In this document: positions 37,150 through 50,599 of the stretch, one piece after another | Position numbering within the stretch: the first letter of the stretch is position 1 | Layout of the letters: each line of letters begins with the position of its first letter | DNA from: Iphione sp. A-MEVVRFRX5 | Taxonomy: Eukaryota | Direction of reading: 5' to 3' | DNA length: 64,000 nt | NCBI GenBank assembly: GCA_976226885.1 | Contig: OZ320316.1 | Span: 89,218,001-89,282,000, forward strand | The notes under the pieces: model-generated | Told to the model about the DNA's origin: nothing | What the model saw: only the letters and a program-made list of their open reading frames with translations | Databases searched by the model: none | Made by a program: the position numbers and the translations under genes

Positions 37150-39457
37150 TACAACACCCCCCAGTAGTTCCTGTAGTCCCAAGGGATGACCTCGCACTTG
37201 CCTCTGTCCCAACGTCGAACTGACATGACAATCAATAATGGACAGAAGTCGTGCCTTCTAGCCTTTCTGGTTTGGGGAGGCTTTCGAGACCCTGCTGCAG
37301 CGTGTTTGTTGAGTGAGATATAGGATTGATACCGTCCTGTAGCATACCTATTTTCCTGTTCCAGTTATTCTTTTGTGTTTCTGTCCTTTTCTGTTTTATG
37401 TTTGGAAAATCAGGTTTGAACTTGATTACTTTCTTAATCTCTTCAAAGTTCTTAAATTAATTTCCAAACGTTTCGTCTTGCAAAGAAACAGCTTGTTTCC
37501 CCGTGGGAGTTAATTTTTGTAAACTATACAAATACTAAGAAGACGAACTTTCCCTGTGTGCTTCTATGGTAAGACATAAACCGACGTTTTCAATTAGTAT
37601 CTAGTGATCATCTTTCTAGCGACGTGTTACACCTCATGAACGTTTGGTCACTGCAGTTATCTCAGACATCCTTTCGTGTCCGCCGCCCATCAATTGACAC
37701 CTGGGAGTTGTTCGTCGCTTCTGACCCCTTCCATGGGGCATCACGATCATCTGGGCGGAGATCCCCACGGACTGCCCTCAACCCCTGTGAGCCGTATTTG
37801 GCCACTTGGTGAGGACGATGTGTTAGCCCAGTGCCTCACGCCCTGGCCGCTCTTTGCTTCTTCCTTTGGGAGACCGTCGGTCATGATGGCCCTTGCGACG
37901 CCATCCATTCCGTGTCCCCAGGGCCGCACCACGCTAAAACCATCACGGTAGATTTGAAAATCAATCGTGATGCCGATTTCTCGACGGACCCTTTCAGAGG
38001 ACATGTACGACTACTGTTTCGCTCATACGTGAATTGGCGGTCGTCATGGCTGTATGGCATGATGGCTGCATCAAATGTGCAGGAATTTTAACACTTGTTC
38101 AGGTAGCATTTCGGGTTTGACAGCTTTCATGTTTTCGACTTGATTGAAAAATATAATTCCATTGATGAAACCGTAATCCCATTCGTGTTTTCCTCTTTTT
38201 TGTATCCCCGACTTTTTTTAATGATATAAAGCACTATGCTGCAGGAATGAGTGATTAAGCTGTAGCATTAACAGACATGGGCATAGAGTGTTTTTGTACC
38301 TCATTTTCCACCATTTTATTTTTTTACCCTTAAGCCATGCGTGCCCATGTCATTTAAGTGTTAAGGGAGTTTTTGGCATACTCTTGTAACAGCCTGTTGC
38401 TATCGTCAAGTGAAACATACAGGTCCGCTGCTCCTCACTTGTGTGGTGGAGCTGAAAGAAGGGGGCGTCAGCGCCCAGCCCAATCAGGCGCATTCCTCTG
38501 GTCGCCCGGTGGAGCGCTCCAGTCTGTGGATGATCAATTCCGGGGACACGCACACAGCCTGGTCCAAGCGCCTGCACTACGCGATACAACGAACAGTGAG
38601 GATACAGAGAGTCTGCCCAGCGTACTGTAAAGCGCACCACCAGCTAGTTGACAGCTAGTGCCTGACAATAATATCAGCACGGTGGCGATTTAGTGCATGA
38701 GGTTTTTTTTTTTACGAAAAGAGAGTTGTTTTCTGGGAACGTGAGGGATCTAGGCCGTCGTGTCGGAAGAGAGCATGCCGCTGGTTCGCCCGTGCTGCAA
38801 AAGTAGGAGGCTTGAATGCTGAAAGAGGTCCAGGCGCACGCACGTGGAGCACGCCATCCATGTCATGTTAAACGAACCAGATTCTCGAGCAGCAGTGGAG
38901 GCAATGACGCAGGCACCGGCAGCAGCGGTGCAGGCGGCAATCATGCCGGCAACAGCGGCGGCTCCAGCGGCAGAGGTGAGCCGCTGCCGACTCGGAGATC
39001 TGCCGCTCTAGTGGTCAGTAGTGAGCGGAGGCTAACCTCGGCCGGACAGCTTTCTCGGTGATTCTCCGAGCGATCGGGATGCTATCGACGTGTGGCCGAG
39101 GACGGGTGGCCGCTCGATCGGCAGGGCATTAATTACCCGGGCGGGGTCGGAGAAGAGCCTGCGGACAGGAGGTGTCGGGAGGAGGGACTGGGAGCGTGAA
39201 CCGTGTGACGGCTGATCACCCCCTCCTGGGTCTGGGCCAAGCACATCTTGTCTGCAACCTTCACGGACCCTCCGAGAAGATCGGCAAGCACGATTGACGT
39301 AAGACGGGGTATTACAGGCGCTTAAAAGCTGTAGAAACGTATGTCGGGGTACAGGCCAATAGGATCTAATGGACAGGCACGATGACAGTATGACTTCTAT
39401 TGAATATATATGGCTGGCTCTGAAAAAGTTTTCACCGATAGATGAGCCGCTTTGCAT
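37150..39457 (-). mobile_element. Decayed gypsy integrase with candidate PPT and 3' LTR start
   Basis: IRSYWP...LSAC, QSLLPTPP and INALP (Zn-finger region); HPQTGALHRATRGM (like HPQT.G..ER.NRTL, about 38520); APFFQLHHTSEEQRT (like LPF.LFAYNTS.HEST); HRPHQV and APWKGS (like PRWKGP). Then a minus-strand G6 (37162-37157) directly followed by TGTTGTACC. No matching 5' LTR seen. Confidence 0.55.
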
Positions 39458-40900
39458 CGGGGAGACAATTGCTCCGGAATTACATCGAAAGTAGGCTTGC
39501 CACGTAGCAGCGTTTTGGCGGTAGAGTGAAAGGTGGGTAGGTTCTTGAAAATCAGATTCTGCCTCTGCCTTCTCCGTCTCTAACAGCGGTTAATGTACCA
39601 GTTGGGTATTGATCCTTTACAATTGCTATGTATTCAGGTCATTCGGTAGTGCCGTTACAGTTGGCTTAACCTGTAATATGTCACCATTTGATTGATTCTG
39701 ATCGATGGTAGCTACTTACTGGCTTCCACGGTGTAGTCAAGCAGCGTATTGATAATAAATCTTGTGGTTATGTTTCAGAGAGTCTGTCCACGGACAACTT
39801 TCCATATAGTCCCTGGCAGGACATTCTTCATTCGCTAATCATGCATCTGTTTTTATGTGAGGGGATCAATCTATACACAACACATATGCATGATTCCTAG
39901 CGGTTCATACTTTCTTCTCTCACCCATTCTAAGCACCATTTGAATAAGCAGGAAAGCATGGCGTGAAAATACAACGGCCATGGCATGTACGGAGTACGAT
40001 CAATACATTAGAAGACAAAGGAGGTCTCAAAATTATCATTTTCTTCATTTGAATTTGGTCTTACCCGCTTTGTAGTTCGTAGCTACTTGCCATCTCTTAA
40101 CCGCGACAGGCTCCAGTCCCCGTATCGCTGTGACACGGAAGACTTCCCGGTACTAAATTACGTAGGGACATGATTAATTTTTTTGATGTCGAGCACACAC
40201 CGCTATGCTTTTCTCACATAACAGAGAAACTGAACTCACTTTTTTTATTTCTTCAAACTGAACACTAAACCATGTAACATGCTAAACCTTCTCACCTTAG
40301 GCTGGTAGCCTTAAGGCATAGCAGAAGACACAAGAGCCTGAAGACGGTGCTAATGTTTTAGGAAGCTTTCATGATGAACACTGCTGTTATAGCAGGATGA
40401 GAGGTGCCTGGCCTTTCCATACAGGCCCGTGTTGTTCCAGCCCGGCACCTCCGCTTCATCATTTATGATTCATGGACAGGTATTGGCAAAAGGTGGAAGC
40501 TCTAGCCTTATAAGGTGTTATGACCGACACAATTTTCTGGTCAAACATACAGGTTGAGAACGGTGTTCCCACTGCTTCGTTACCCTAGACAAACCTCTCA
40601 GCTTATACTAGTACGTAGTTTTCTTTTATCCTTTTTTGTTTCTATTTTTCGCTACACTGTCTCTGAAAATAATACAAAATGGCACACACATACATATATA
40701 TGATTGACATGTGTAAGTGTAACAAGTTGATTTATGATAAGGAGTTCAATCATGTCTCCTTAAATCGATAAAAAAATGTGTTTATACTCCCTAATGAACG
40801 TGCTTAACAAATGAGTTGTTCTCTTTTCATCTCAACATTTACAATTGTCTACATGTATACTTATGCTGTTAAAAGACATGTTGTAATTAGAGACATGTAT

Positions 40901-40974
40901 TATAGTCTCTCAAGGAATTGTATCAAGAGTGTTATACTACAGTCTCTCAAGGTATTCTTTCAAGAGTGATAAGC
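40901..40974. repeat. Imperfect 37-bp tandem duplication
   Basis: TA.AGTCTCTCAAGG.ATT.T.TCAAGAGTG.TA starting at 40901 and 40938. Confidence 0.85.
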
Positions 40975-42458
40975 TAGTGGTTTTTTTGCTTTTCTCATTT
41001 TCCGATCTTTTGCCTCGGCAGTTGTGCACTTTCACGTCCCACAAATTTGGGCGTTGTTACTCCATGACAGTAGTGTCTTTCGGATTCATTAATAAACATG
41101 GTTTGTCTTAGGAGAATGTTGGAACATACGTAATAATCCAATGAAGCCTTTCACTGCCCTTCTTTATATAGTGTTACACACTGTATGTTCGGATTCCATT
41201 AGACGGTGTTTTACTCGTAATTCCTCACTCTGTCAACAAAGGGAACCTAATGTCCCTTCTTTAAACATACTGCTCAGGACCACACTCAGTTTATGAACTT
41301 ATTCCACAGTCCATCAGAAACAGCGTGTAAACCTTTTGTAACATGAGAGCACGATGCCGTGGTTAATCGCCCATGCTTTTCCCGGTTCTGGATGGCTACA
41401 TTATCGTTTGCTTACATAAATTCTGCTTGGGGTTGAGATAATATCAAGGGTAGGTGTGTACATTGTTCCACCATATTATAAAGCTTGGTGGTTGTCGGAT
41501 AATCCACCGTAATGCGATTGCTTTATGATAATACCGTTCTCGGTGTAGGAATACATGGTATGGGGGGTCGTAATTATGGCTGCGAGTCATTATACTATGT
41601 CCTAACCCTGCGATTAAGTTCCATCGATCGTCCCCTAACCCTGCAGGGTGCAACCTGAATCTTTTACATATATATTTTAAGCTACGTAATCCCAAGTGGC
41701 ATCGCCTATCTAGAGATGAAAAAATATTTTTTGAATACCGAATTATAAACTGTTGGTGATGTTATGCTTCAACGATGCTACGGGGCTATTAGTTCGTCCT
41801 CTTTATGTTTATTCGTGCGATTCGCAGAAAACATATTTTGTTTCACAAGAAGAAATATTTAAAAAAGCATCCATTAAAATGTGAGTCTACTTAGAGTTCA
41901 TCTCAATAGTGTGCCAGCTCCTATAATTTAACAAAATTGCAGTTGTCTGTGAAAGTTTCCTTTTACATCTAAACAGATGTTCATTTACATTTAGAAGTCT
42001 ACAGAATTTCTTTCTAGTAAATAGACATTCACACATTTTTACTAAAAAGAGATTAAAGAGGACATCCACCTAACAGAACTGTATTTGTCAACTGTATACA
42101 TTCCTTATGAAGATGTAAATTTTTGCCATTTTGAAGACAAGTGGGTATAGACGACATGAATCGACTGCATATTGTTTTTATCGCTATAATAACTTTGGAA
42201 GTAAATCATTCAAATTTGCCGATAGGCTTGGTTTACTGTATTTGATCCTTTTCCATTACATCTGATTGCCTCTTCTAATGTCACAAGATTTCATCGCGGG
42301 GAAGAATGTAATTTATGCCAGATTGATATCGGGCATGAGTTACGTAGGGCCCGTGCTCAATTTCTGTAACAAAAAATACTGCGTAGTCGGAACAACTTTT
42401 ATGCCCCGGCCATAAATGCATAGATTACGGCATGCAGACCATCTAATGTACAACAATC

Positions 42459-42878
42459 TTAAAACAAGTTTGGCGGCGAATGAAAGACTCTATTAAACAA
42501 ACGAAGGATATTTATACTGAGCATCAAGAGCACTGTTGTTCCTACGAATACGAACGGGTATGTCACAATGCAAAACATGAGAAATGCATATACAATGGAA
42601 ACCACTTCCGGCATGACATTACAACATACATGTAGGGCTTGGTTAGAGAGCATCTGCATATTATGGGACAATTAGTCTACGAATAGAATTTGGGTAGGCC
42701 TATACTTGCGTTTAAACAGAAACTGCCACATGCGAAGCCATCCTCGAAAGTGAAGAGTTTGAGTCATTCCCATTGGCGTCCCCTGGGTATTCATGGGCGT
42801 CATATCTACATATTCGGTTGGAAAAAATGTATTGTCTAATGTGACCCAAACGTACACATGTACATGAACAATATTCAT
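42459..42878 (-). mobile_element. Decayed Penelope-like RT core
   Basis: Two track ORFs are contiguous in frame across one stop (42672-42674). TLDNTFF...TQGTPMG (like L.NNYF.F...Q..GTPMG); QFL..YRPTQILFVD* has the stop at the second Asp of Y/FxDD. Confidence 0.55.
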
Positions 42879-43820
42879 AACACTTCCAAAATATGATGGT
42901 TATAAATTCCGATTATTCTTCGCGGCAATTCTTGGTCAACGATGCAAATTAATTACGCGACACAACTGGGCCTGATTTAGGGCAGGAAAAGACTGTCCTG
43001 TAACAAAAAAGAAAGGAGAGACTGTGATACAGCAACTACTCCAACATGGAGTAGGATTTGACAGTTGCAGGTCAATCCACACTCACAGTTGCCCGAGTGG
43101 GATAAGCCGGAGAATACTGTCGCAGGTGTTAGGTCCCTTCATTGATTGGCGAGCCTAGTAATAGGGCAGAGCAATGCCCCCAGGCCCTAACATGTCACAG
43201 CACCTATCAATACTTGAACTTGTACCAGTTCGGCAGACTCACATTTCGCTATGCCAACACTGAGTTCAATCGAAGGCGCCTCGGGGTTTTCTTCTGCTTA
43301 CCTGTTTGCTGTCCTTGATTTCTGAGTTAAATTGCATTTACATCTGGTTTAATGCAAAGACTATTATTCTTTCCGGTTTTGATTTAAACAATTTTTACAA
43401 TGATAAATGTATGTTTAATACCGTTCTGTCCTGCACTTGATGAAAATGAAATGTGCACTGAGGATCTGACTCTTATTCATGGAATATTATAGGAGGCACT
43501 GTGTGCTGTTCAGTAAAGGTACGCCTGTTAATCTCCAAGGATTTACAGCAACGTGACAGTCAGTGATGCCGGAAACATTCCAACATTTACGCTCATCCCG
43601 CACAAATAAATGGCTTTTATAAGACCGAGGTAAGTGCTTGGACAAGTTCGTAACCCGCGCCGCTCATGTAAATATGGATTTCTCGGAGGTGGTCAGCTAG
43701 AGAGACAATATGACGCCGACACTAAGTATTGATTGGTTTATCATCCGGTGCAGTGGCCCTCAAGCAGATGGCCCCATGTGACAAGCAGTTTCCAACGGTC
43801 TCAAACGCTACCCACTTCAG

Positions 43821-44015
43821 TCAACTGGAAGGAGTGGTGAAGCGGTTGGATGCTGAAGAGGTTTGATGTAGGTCTGAAATGCCCATGGCCGCATCAGGTA
43901 ATTTAGTCGTGTCAGGATGCCCCCTAGTGGAGCGGTGCAGTGGAGGCAGCCGCGTCCGGCGAACCACAGTGCAGGCGGGAGTAGGAACCACAGTGGAAGC
44001 CACATAGGAAGCCAC
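43821..44015 (-). mobile_element. Possible LTR-retrotransposon pol tail
   Basis: Pro/Thr-rich sequence with PPLHRSTRGHPD, like PLRRSTR.R.PPD. Confidence 0.2.
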
Positions 44016-45550
44016 TACTGCAATGAAGGCGGCTCGACACCGTGTGGTCCGGGAGGAGTGGGTACTTAACGCCAGAGAGTGTTTGCTATGTGTTCGGAGG
44101 TGCGTTAGTATGCAAAGTGTGTGAGTTGTTCAAACCGACTCTGCCAAGCTATAAGCTCGCCGTGTAAGGAGCTCTACCTTGCTTCTATTAGGTAGGCGAT
44201 TTATCGAGGTACAGCAGTAGCGCACCATATTTAGTTCTGTGTGTGAAGATCTGTCACAGTTTCCCCTGCAGGCCATTTAGTCGAATGGACAAGCTGGAAT
44301 TTGAGGCTTTATTCCTTGAAAATCAATGTAACAACGAATCCTAAGATTACTTTCTTTGTTAAAAATACCTAATGTCCTGCATTATCTCTGGCAACGAATG
44401 ACATTTTTGGACCCTGCTCCTGGCTTAAATTATCCATCGTGGCAGAAAAGAACTCAGCTTCCAAGAAGTCATGGCGACTACCAAGAAAAAATAACTGATT
44501 GAATATTCCTGTAATATTTTTAAATGCGTATTTTTCAGCAAGTCCACAAAAAGCCGTCTGCAGCCGGTTTTCCTCATGTAGAATTTGATTTCGGTGAGGC
44601 CAAGCGTCATCAAAAACACCGTGTCAAGCCATGTATCACCATAATAGTGTCAAAAACGTTGTAAGCACTACGATTATATGGATGATTTTCCCCATTTATC
44701 ATTGGCAAAATAGGGTCTAGTCATCAGAACTCAGAACTGGGAAAGCGTTTGCAAAATTAGGGGCAATTGTGTCCGTCCTGTTCAGGCGGTGAGGGACGCT
44801 TTTATGGCCCATCCCTGCCGGTCCATTAAGATACATTTAGATTAGGTCAGGTGTAGAGTAAGCTGAACTGGTCTTGTACGGGTTGGGGTGTGTGTTTCGA
44901 TGCGCTTGTAATTTGGTGTTTTTGTCAAACTGGCCAGTGGTGTGGCCTTCCGTGTGCGCGTAGCCCCAGCCATACCGACCCATTGGCGGGATGGGATTGA
45001 GAGGTTACCAGGAGCATGCCCTCTGGGGCCAAGCCTTGATCCCGAGGCTAGTCTACTGGTCCCAGGAGGTCACCACTCGAGGCCACTGGGTAGTAGGTAC
45101 AGGTAGGCGAGCTACAGAGGCTGCTGCCTCTGGTATTCATCACCAGGGACAGGACACGAGCCTCAATCCTTGCTACACTAACCACTGCCTCATCGCGTCA
45201 CAACTCATCCAATCATTCAAGTAGGAGTCCCATGTTCCAGCATCAAACAACCTCCTAACATCCCATGTATTTTCGACTCCGTTTAACTATCCTTGGCTTA
45301 CACCTCAGACCCCTTTGATTGACTGCTTGCGTGTAAAGCTGTCGTAGCTCTCCTTCATAGCATATCTCACCCTCCTTGAAAAAAATATCCTTCGAACTGG
45401 GTGCGATTCCTTAGTAGCCTACATTATTCAGTGATTGTAACTATGGTGTGTGTGTGTGTCTGTATGTTTGTGGATGGACCCGAGGATAGAAGTGTAGTCG
45501 TACGTGTCATGCAACCACAAGCAGAGGATTTTCATTAAATTAAAAGCACA

Positions 45551-46286
45551 TCAGGGTAAGGCAGCCAGCTGGAGTTGGCCCACGCTGCAGGCGGACGAGA
45601 TCCGTCGATAGGGTTTGTTTCCGTGGCCGTGAAAGGCGCGGAGTGTACAAGTTTCTCTTATATCCGCACTAATGCATAGCACCATCGCATTCACACCTTT
45701 TTTTATGACGCCGTTACCTCCTGGATCTTCCATAAGGTATGCATCTTCTATATGGGAAAATGGAATAATTACATCGACGAGGGGAAGGGTAAAGAACTTA
45801 TTTACAACCCTTTTGCACGAGAGTCTATTCTGTGAAGAGGTCATAAACATTGCACCTCGCCTTTTACTATGACTAGTTGAATAGTATTGATTTTTCGTAA
45901 TTCCTAACAGAATTTACACGCTAGGTTTCTGACCAAGTGAAAAATAAAGTAGATGTGGCGATGGTTATACTGCATCTGACAAGTTTTCTTGGAGAAGGGC
46001 TAAATAATGATGCTACGAATCCCATCGAAAATATTATTACGTACTTCCAAGATTTGTTCTATCTTTTTTTAAATCTCCTCTCGGGAGCTACATTCACCTT
46101 CATTGGAACTATTATATCAAACAATAAGCTTATTGTCAGAGAAGCTTTCTGGTGCTTCTTCGACAGAAGCAGCGGCTTACTTGTGAGCGTCAATACTAAT
46201 ATGTCGACCAACTGGTCTAATTTGAAGTTTCCATGTGATACGCGTTCTGTTGCGGTTTCTTTGTTTGTCGAAGGCTCTGTGCTCAT
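45551..46286 (-). mobile_element. Decayed PIF/Harbinger-like transposase (N-terminal to first Asp region)
   Basis: GNFKLDQLVDIL (like NFRM..TF..L), then FSHI (like DGTHI), KKGVNAMVLCISAD (like RKG.HS.NVQ.VCDA) and AFHGHG...RIS (like A.WPGS.HD.RI). Confidence 0.4.
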
Positions 46287-46497
46287 TTGTACCCAACATT
46301 GGCATTTGATTACTGAAAATACATGCCTCTAAAAATAGACTGTATATTTCGATTTTGCTGAATATTTTCAAGGTTTTAAACAGTGAGTAGCTTTTGATTG
46401 TTTATTTCATTTTGTATCTGTTTTCGTTAAATTATCTCAAGATGAAGGCAGTATACCATGCATTAGATTAGAGGGAGTAGCAGGCAATCATATACGA

Positions 46498-46878
46498 TTA
46501 GGGTGCCCACTTAACGATCAAAATGTTCATGCATACGGGATTATCTAAACAATTGACTTCAGTGGGCTGTGACACACCAACCCGCGAAAGATACTGGTAT
46601 TTGCGATGATGACGCAGAATCGCGTTTGCTTTTGTATGGGAAGTGGCCCACAGAAAAAAAGTGAAATAGGTGTGTACACAAAGGTGTTTTTTAATGAGTT
46701 GGTGTCTGCTTGGGCATTTTTCGGTCACTATTTCTGGCAGAATAGGTACAAAAAGAAGGTCAGTATTTTTCCACTGACTGACAGAACAGACCGTCAAGGT
46801 ATCATAAGTAGTATATGTAGTTTGACGTGTTGCATGCCAATCGCTACCTCCCGCTCGGGCGATATCGTTTGTTCGCAT
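46498..46878 (-). mobile_element. Possible hAT transposase remnant
   Basis: SDWHATRQ..YDTLTV..VSQWK (like D.WTS...Y.SLT.H.I...W) and TSHTKANA (like SHT..NI). Confidence 0.3.
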
Positions 46879-48513
46879 GTTTCCTTGCTACATTGGGTCA
46901 ATGGCGACTGCAAGGTTTTACACCACCAGCTCTCCCCCTTGAGTCGCATCGCATTCATTCTTATACGGTATACGGAACAACAAGAAGTCGGGGACTAATA
47001 GATCCGTAGCCAAAGGAACCCTAAAAATCCCGGCAATTGAAACATATGAACCTTCGTCTCTTCATCTCCGTGTCCAAAGCTATGATGCTAATAGCCAATA
47101 TTTAGTTCTGGTCTTTGTCTCATGATTTTATTTAACCGTTATTTCGACACTGTTCCCTACATAATATCAAGTGTGTTTTAGTATGCTCTGGATTTAATGG
47201 GTTTAAATTGAAATCAAAATGTCGTTTACTTCTGCATTGAAAGAAGTCAAGAACACTACTTGCACTTTGTTTTCTGTGGATATAACAAATGCCATTTGAG
47301 GCAAAAGTGACCACTAATTCTTCAAAACGTTATTGTCAAAAGGGTGGAGTGTTTTTCTCTTCTTCAGCGACGGAGTCTATTATTATGCTCTACTTTGTAT
47401 TTGTCCTATACTCATTGATCCAGTACGATTATTCCATTTCTCTTGGAGAGGCTGTGGTTTGTTTTACAACAGAGCAAGCGTTGCCCGAGCAGATCTTTTT
47501 GTGACTTGACATCTTTTTGCTGAATCTTGTGGTTTCTGGCATGCCAAGTTGTCAAAGCAAGTTGAAGAACAAATCAATCAGACAAATTTACTCCGGTAAT
47601 AAGCCTCCCATTAATACCATTCGCCATTATCAGACATCACTTGTATCATCTCTATGAAATGTTTAAGGCCCGGCTTCTCTAGTTCCTATTACACATGCAC
47701 GGATTAAATCGGACTCTGCAGATTAACGTCAAAAGTCTTTTCATCACAAATGTTTTATTGGCCATCAATAAAATTATCAGCAGATAATTGGACTTTGTCA
47801 TCGAAGCTTTTAACAAAGCGCACGAAGCTTCTTAGTGCTCCAAAGAAACAGAAATCATTCATGCATGGGGTAAGCGCTGTGCACAATTACATTAGATCTA
47901 GAGGAACATTCCCGTATAAGAAATAGGGCAGGTGTATATTGAGCCTCAGTACTTCAAGCAAAGTTCATTCGACATCGGCAGAAGGGTTTATTTGGACCCT
48001 TGTTTCTCCGCATGTGTCACTGTTGAATGAGTTATGCATACACACAAGAAAACACACAAGAAAACACGCTCGAAAGCACCACATGCGACCTTTTAAGCTC
48101 TTTTACATACAGACACATAGCATTATACATATACATTACGCGGGGAGAAAGTTAGACAAAGCTGCACTAGCTATTAGTAGTTTGCTCCTAGGGGTATTAA
48201 TTTGCCGATGATAATGTTTGGGGAGGCCTTTATGTTCATATGCTGCCATACGAACATGTGATATACTGTATAGATTATCGCCTCTGAAATGTTCCAAGTA
48301 GGTTAAGCAGGCCTCCCATGTGTGAGGATGTAACATCAACTTGATATCCATATTAAGGAGGCTTTTCCATTCCCCCGGAAGACAACTAATTATACCACGT
48401 TAATGAAAGGATAGAAGCCGTGTTATAAAACCAATCCGTCAAGACAGGTCTCTTATTGGCTTTCAGAATGATGCGTTTCTAACCTCGCTATCTAATTAAC
48501 CGAATCCCTATCA

Positions 48514-48720
48514 CTAACGCCCTAACCTCCACCCTAGTGCGATATTTTTCAACAGCAGAGGAACATATACGCTTGAACCTCTCATTACGGATAACCCTTC
48601 AGTCAGGACACCCACATTATGGACGGGCTTGTCGATATGTTCATGTTTAAATATTCCTGCTTTAAGGACACCTCGCTTGATGGACAGTTTATGGTCAATC
48701 CCTTGGCTGTCCATGATACA
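48514..48720 (-). mobile_element. Possible non-LTR RT domain 4-5 remnant
   Basis: SIKRGVLKAG (like I.RGV.QG) and GLSVMRG...VPLLLKNIAL (like GI.I.G...LLFADDIAL). Confidence 0.25.
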
Positions 48721-49899
48721 GAGGTTCCACTCTACATATATATATATATATACATGTGTGTATGTGTGTTGATGCCCAGTGGTCCTCACCCTCTTCTACA
48801 GACCCTTCTATATTTCCAGTCCCACTACAAGCCCCGGCAAAATGCACCACCCACGCCAATCATCAAGACCATTGCTTCCAATAAGCGGCTTGCACTGTGT
48901 AGCCCCCACCCCTACGTATTATTGTGACTCCAGTGTAGTGCATTTTGTGCCGGGCTGAGAGCAACTCGATTGAACAGAGCAAACGATAGCTAAACCAGGT
49001 CAAAATCCAGTAGAGAAGCCATTATCAATCATCTATTGTGTCGCAATCACATTGAGATCGATTTTGCTGGCTATTGGTAGACCATGTCGAACACCTCAGA
49101 GTAGCGCATTTAAATTTTGTTCTCGAGTGTACTCACTGTGTTGGTGATGAATGGTTCCCGACAAAGAGGTGAATACCTGCTCGAGTAGAGTACTGGACAC
49201 CTGTTATTCATAACGTACTAAACCATTTTACGAGGCGTCATTGCACAGTTCATTTGGATGAAGCACTGTTTTATCTACGTCTGATGTTAACGTTTTTATA
49301 GGGGCAAGAAAAAAGTGGTGAGTCACACAAGCACAAACTTTCTGCAAGGTTATACGTTGCTTTTCACATTTTCATCTGGTAAAATGTGTAAACAAGTACG
49401 CAAGTATTTGATGCCTTCTGCATAGAAAATGAACAGTTATTTTAGTAAACGAAACATTACCCATAAACAATGCATTAAAGAAAGGTACATCTACTAAGTA
49501 TAAAGTAACATTATTTGCACGTGTTTTATAAAGCCGATCCACAACAGCTAGATGGTTTCGCTAGAAATCAGTGAAAATCCGTATTATTATGGTGCATACC
49601 GTCTTCGGTATCGTAATTTTGGATGACGGACGTCGCCTACAGCATTTCTATTCTTGAGCGTTTATCGATTTTAACTATTTTACCTGAAATGTTATTTGCA
49701 ATATACTGAGCTTCAGGTCGCATGTTTTATGGAGAGGCATGTATTTTAGGGTTGAATGTCGATAGGTATACAGACTATAAATTCGAAACACACACCAATG
49801 TTAGTAAAAGCAATTATATACAAATATATATTATTTCGATTGAATGTGGGAAATACCATACAGCAAGTATATGTATTTATATTTTCAGTCTATATTCCC

Positions 49900-50384
49900 T
49901 GGTACTCAGTATCCAGCAATGACATGAACTAATGCTTAGTGGCAACTGTGCTTGCGATGTACTCATCATAATATTACAAAACCCATGTGTACAAGCAAAC
50001 TCTACACAGTTATTTTCTTTTCCCATCTATCCTCCTACTTTCCTGACTAGGTATAGGAGTCTCATTAGGAATTCCGAGTCCACAGTCAGAACACGTCATA
50101 AAGAAATCGCCTCACCAGATTGCACGTCCAAATTATGCCATGATGAACTCCTGCTATAACCATATGCAAAATCATGCAAGCCCCAACCCACACAGTGTCA
50201 TCAAGGAAAATAAATGTAGCGAGAGATAACATGGAAACTGAGGGAAGGACTGAGAGATAGGAATGACCTTCATGCTCAGGGAAAAAGCAGTGAGGTTTGG
50301 TACATGAAAGGCAGTTTCAGAAGAAGACAGCACGTTGCAATGAATTTCAGGAAGTTTCAGAGACAGGCAGGCATGTGCAAGCAA
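49900..50384 (-). mobile_element. Decayed APE endonuclease (RTE-like)
   Basis: SSSET (like LSET), KVIPISQ (like F.P.S.R), IW*GDF (like IL.GDFN) and VGG*MGKENNCVEFACTHGFCNIM (like G.FG.G.RNENG..LVEFC..H.L.I.NT). Confidence 0.4.
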
Positions 50385-50599
50385 GTACAGTGGAGAGGAG
50401 GGATGGCGCTATTGGTCTTGGTGTGATAGGCTCATCCTGCAAGGTTGTGAGATGATTATATAGCAATATGGTTTGGCAAGTCACTACTTGTCACTGACCA
50501 TTCCTTCAGTCCACCCGTGCTAGTAGTTGGCATATCTTTTCTTGGCCCTTTCTCCATGCGGGGGCAGGGTCACTCAATTGGATGTGTTCCGTCAGTTCC

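Noticed and set aside
23307-40974. CRISPR arrays from the 29-, 46-, 72- and 37-bp repeats
   Set aside because: Units are directly adjacent or diverged, with no unique spacers. There are only 2-3 copies, no cas genes, and the context is eukaryotic.
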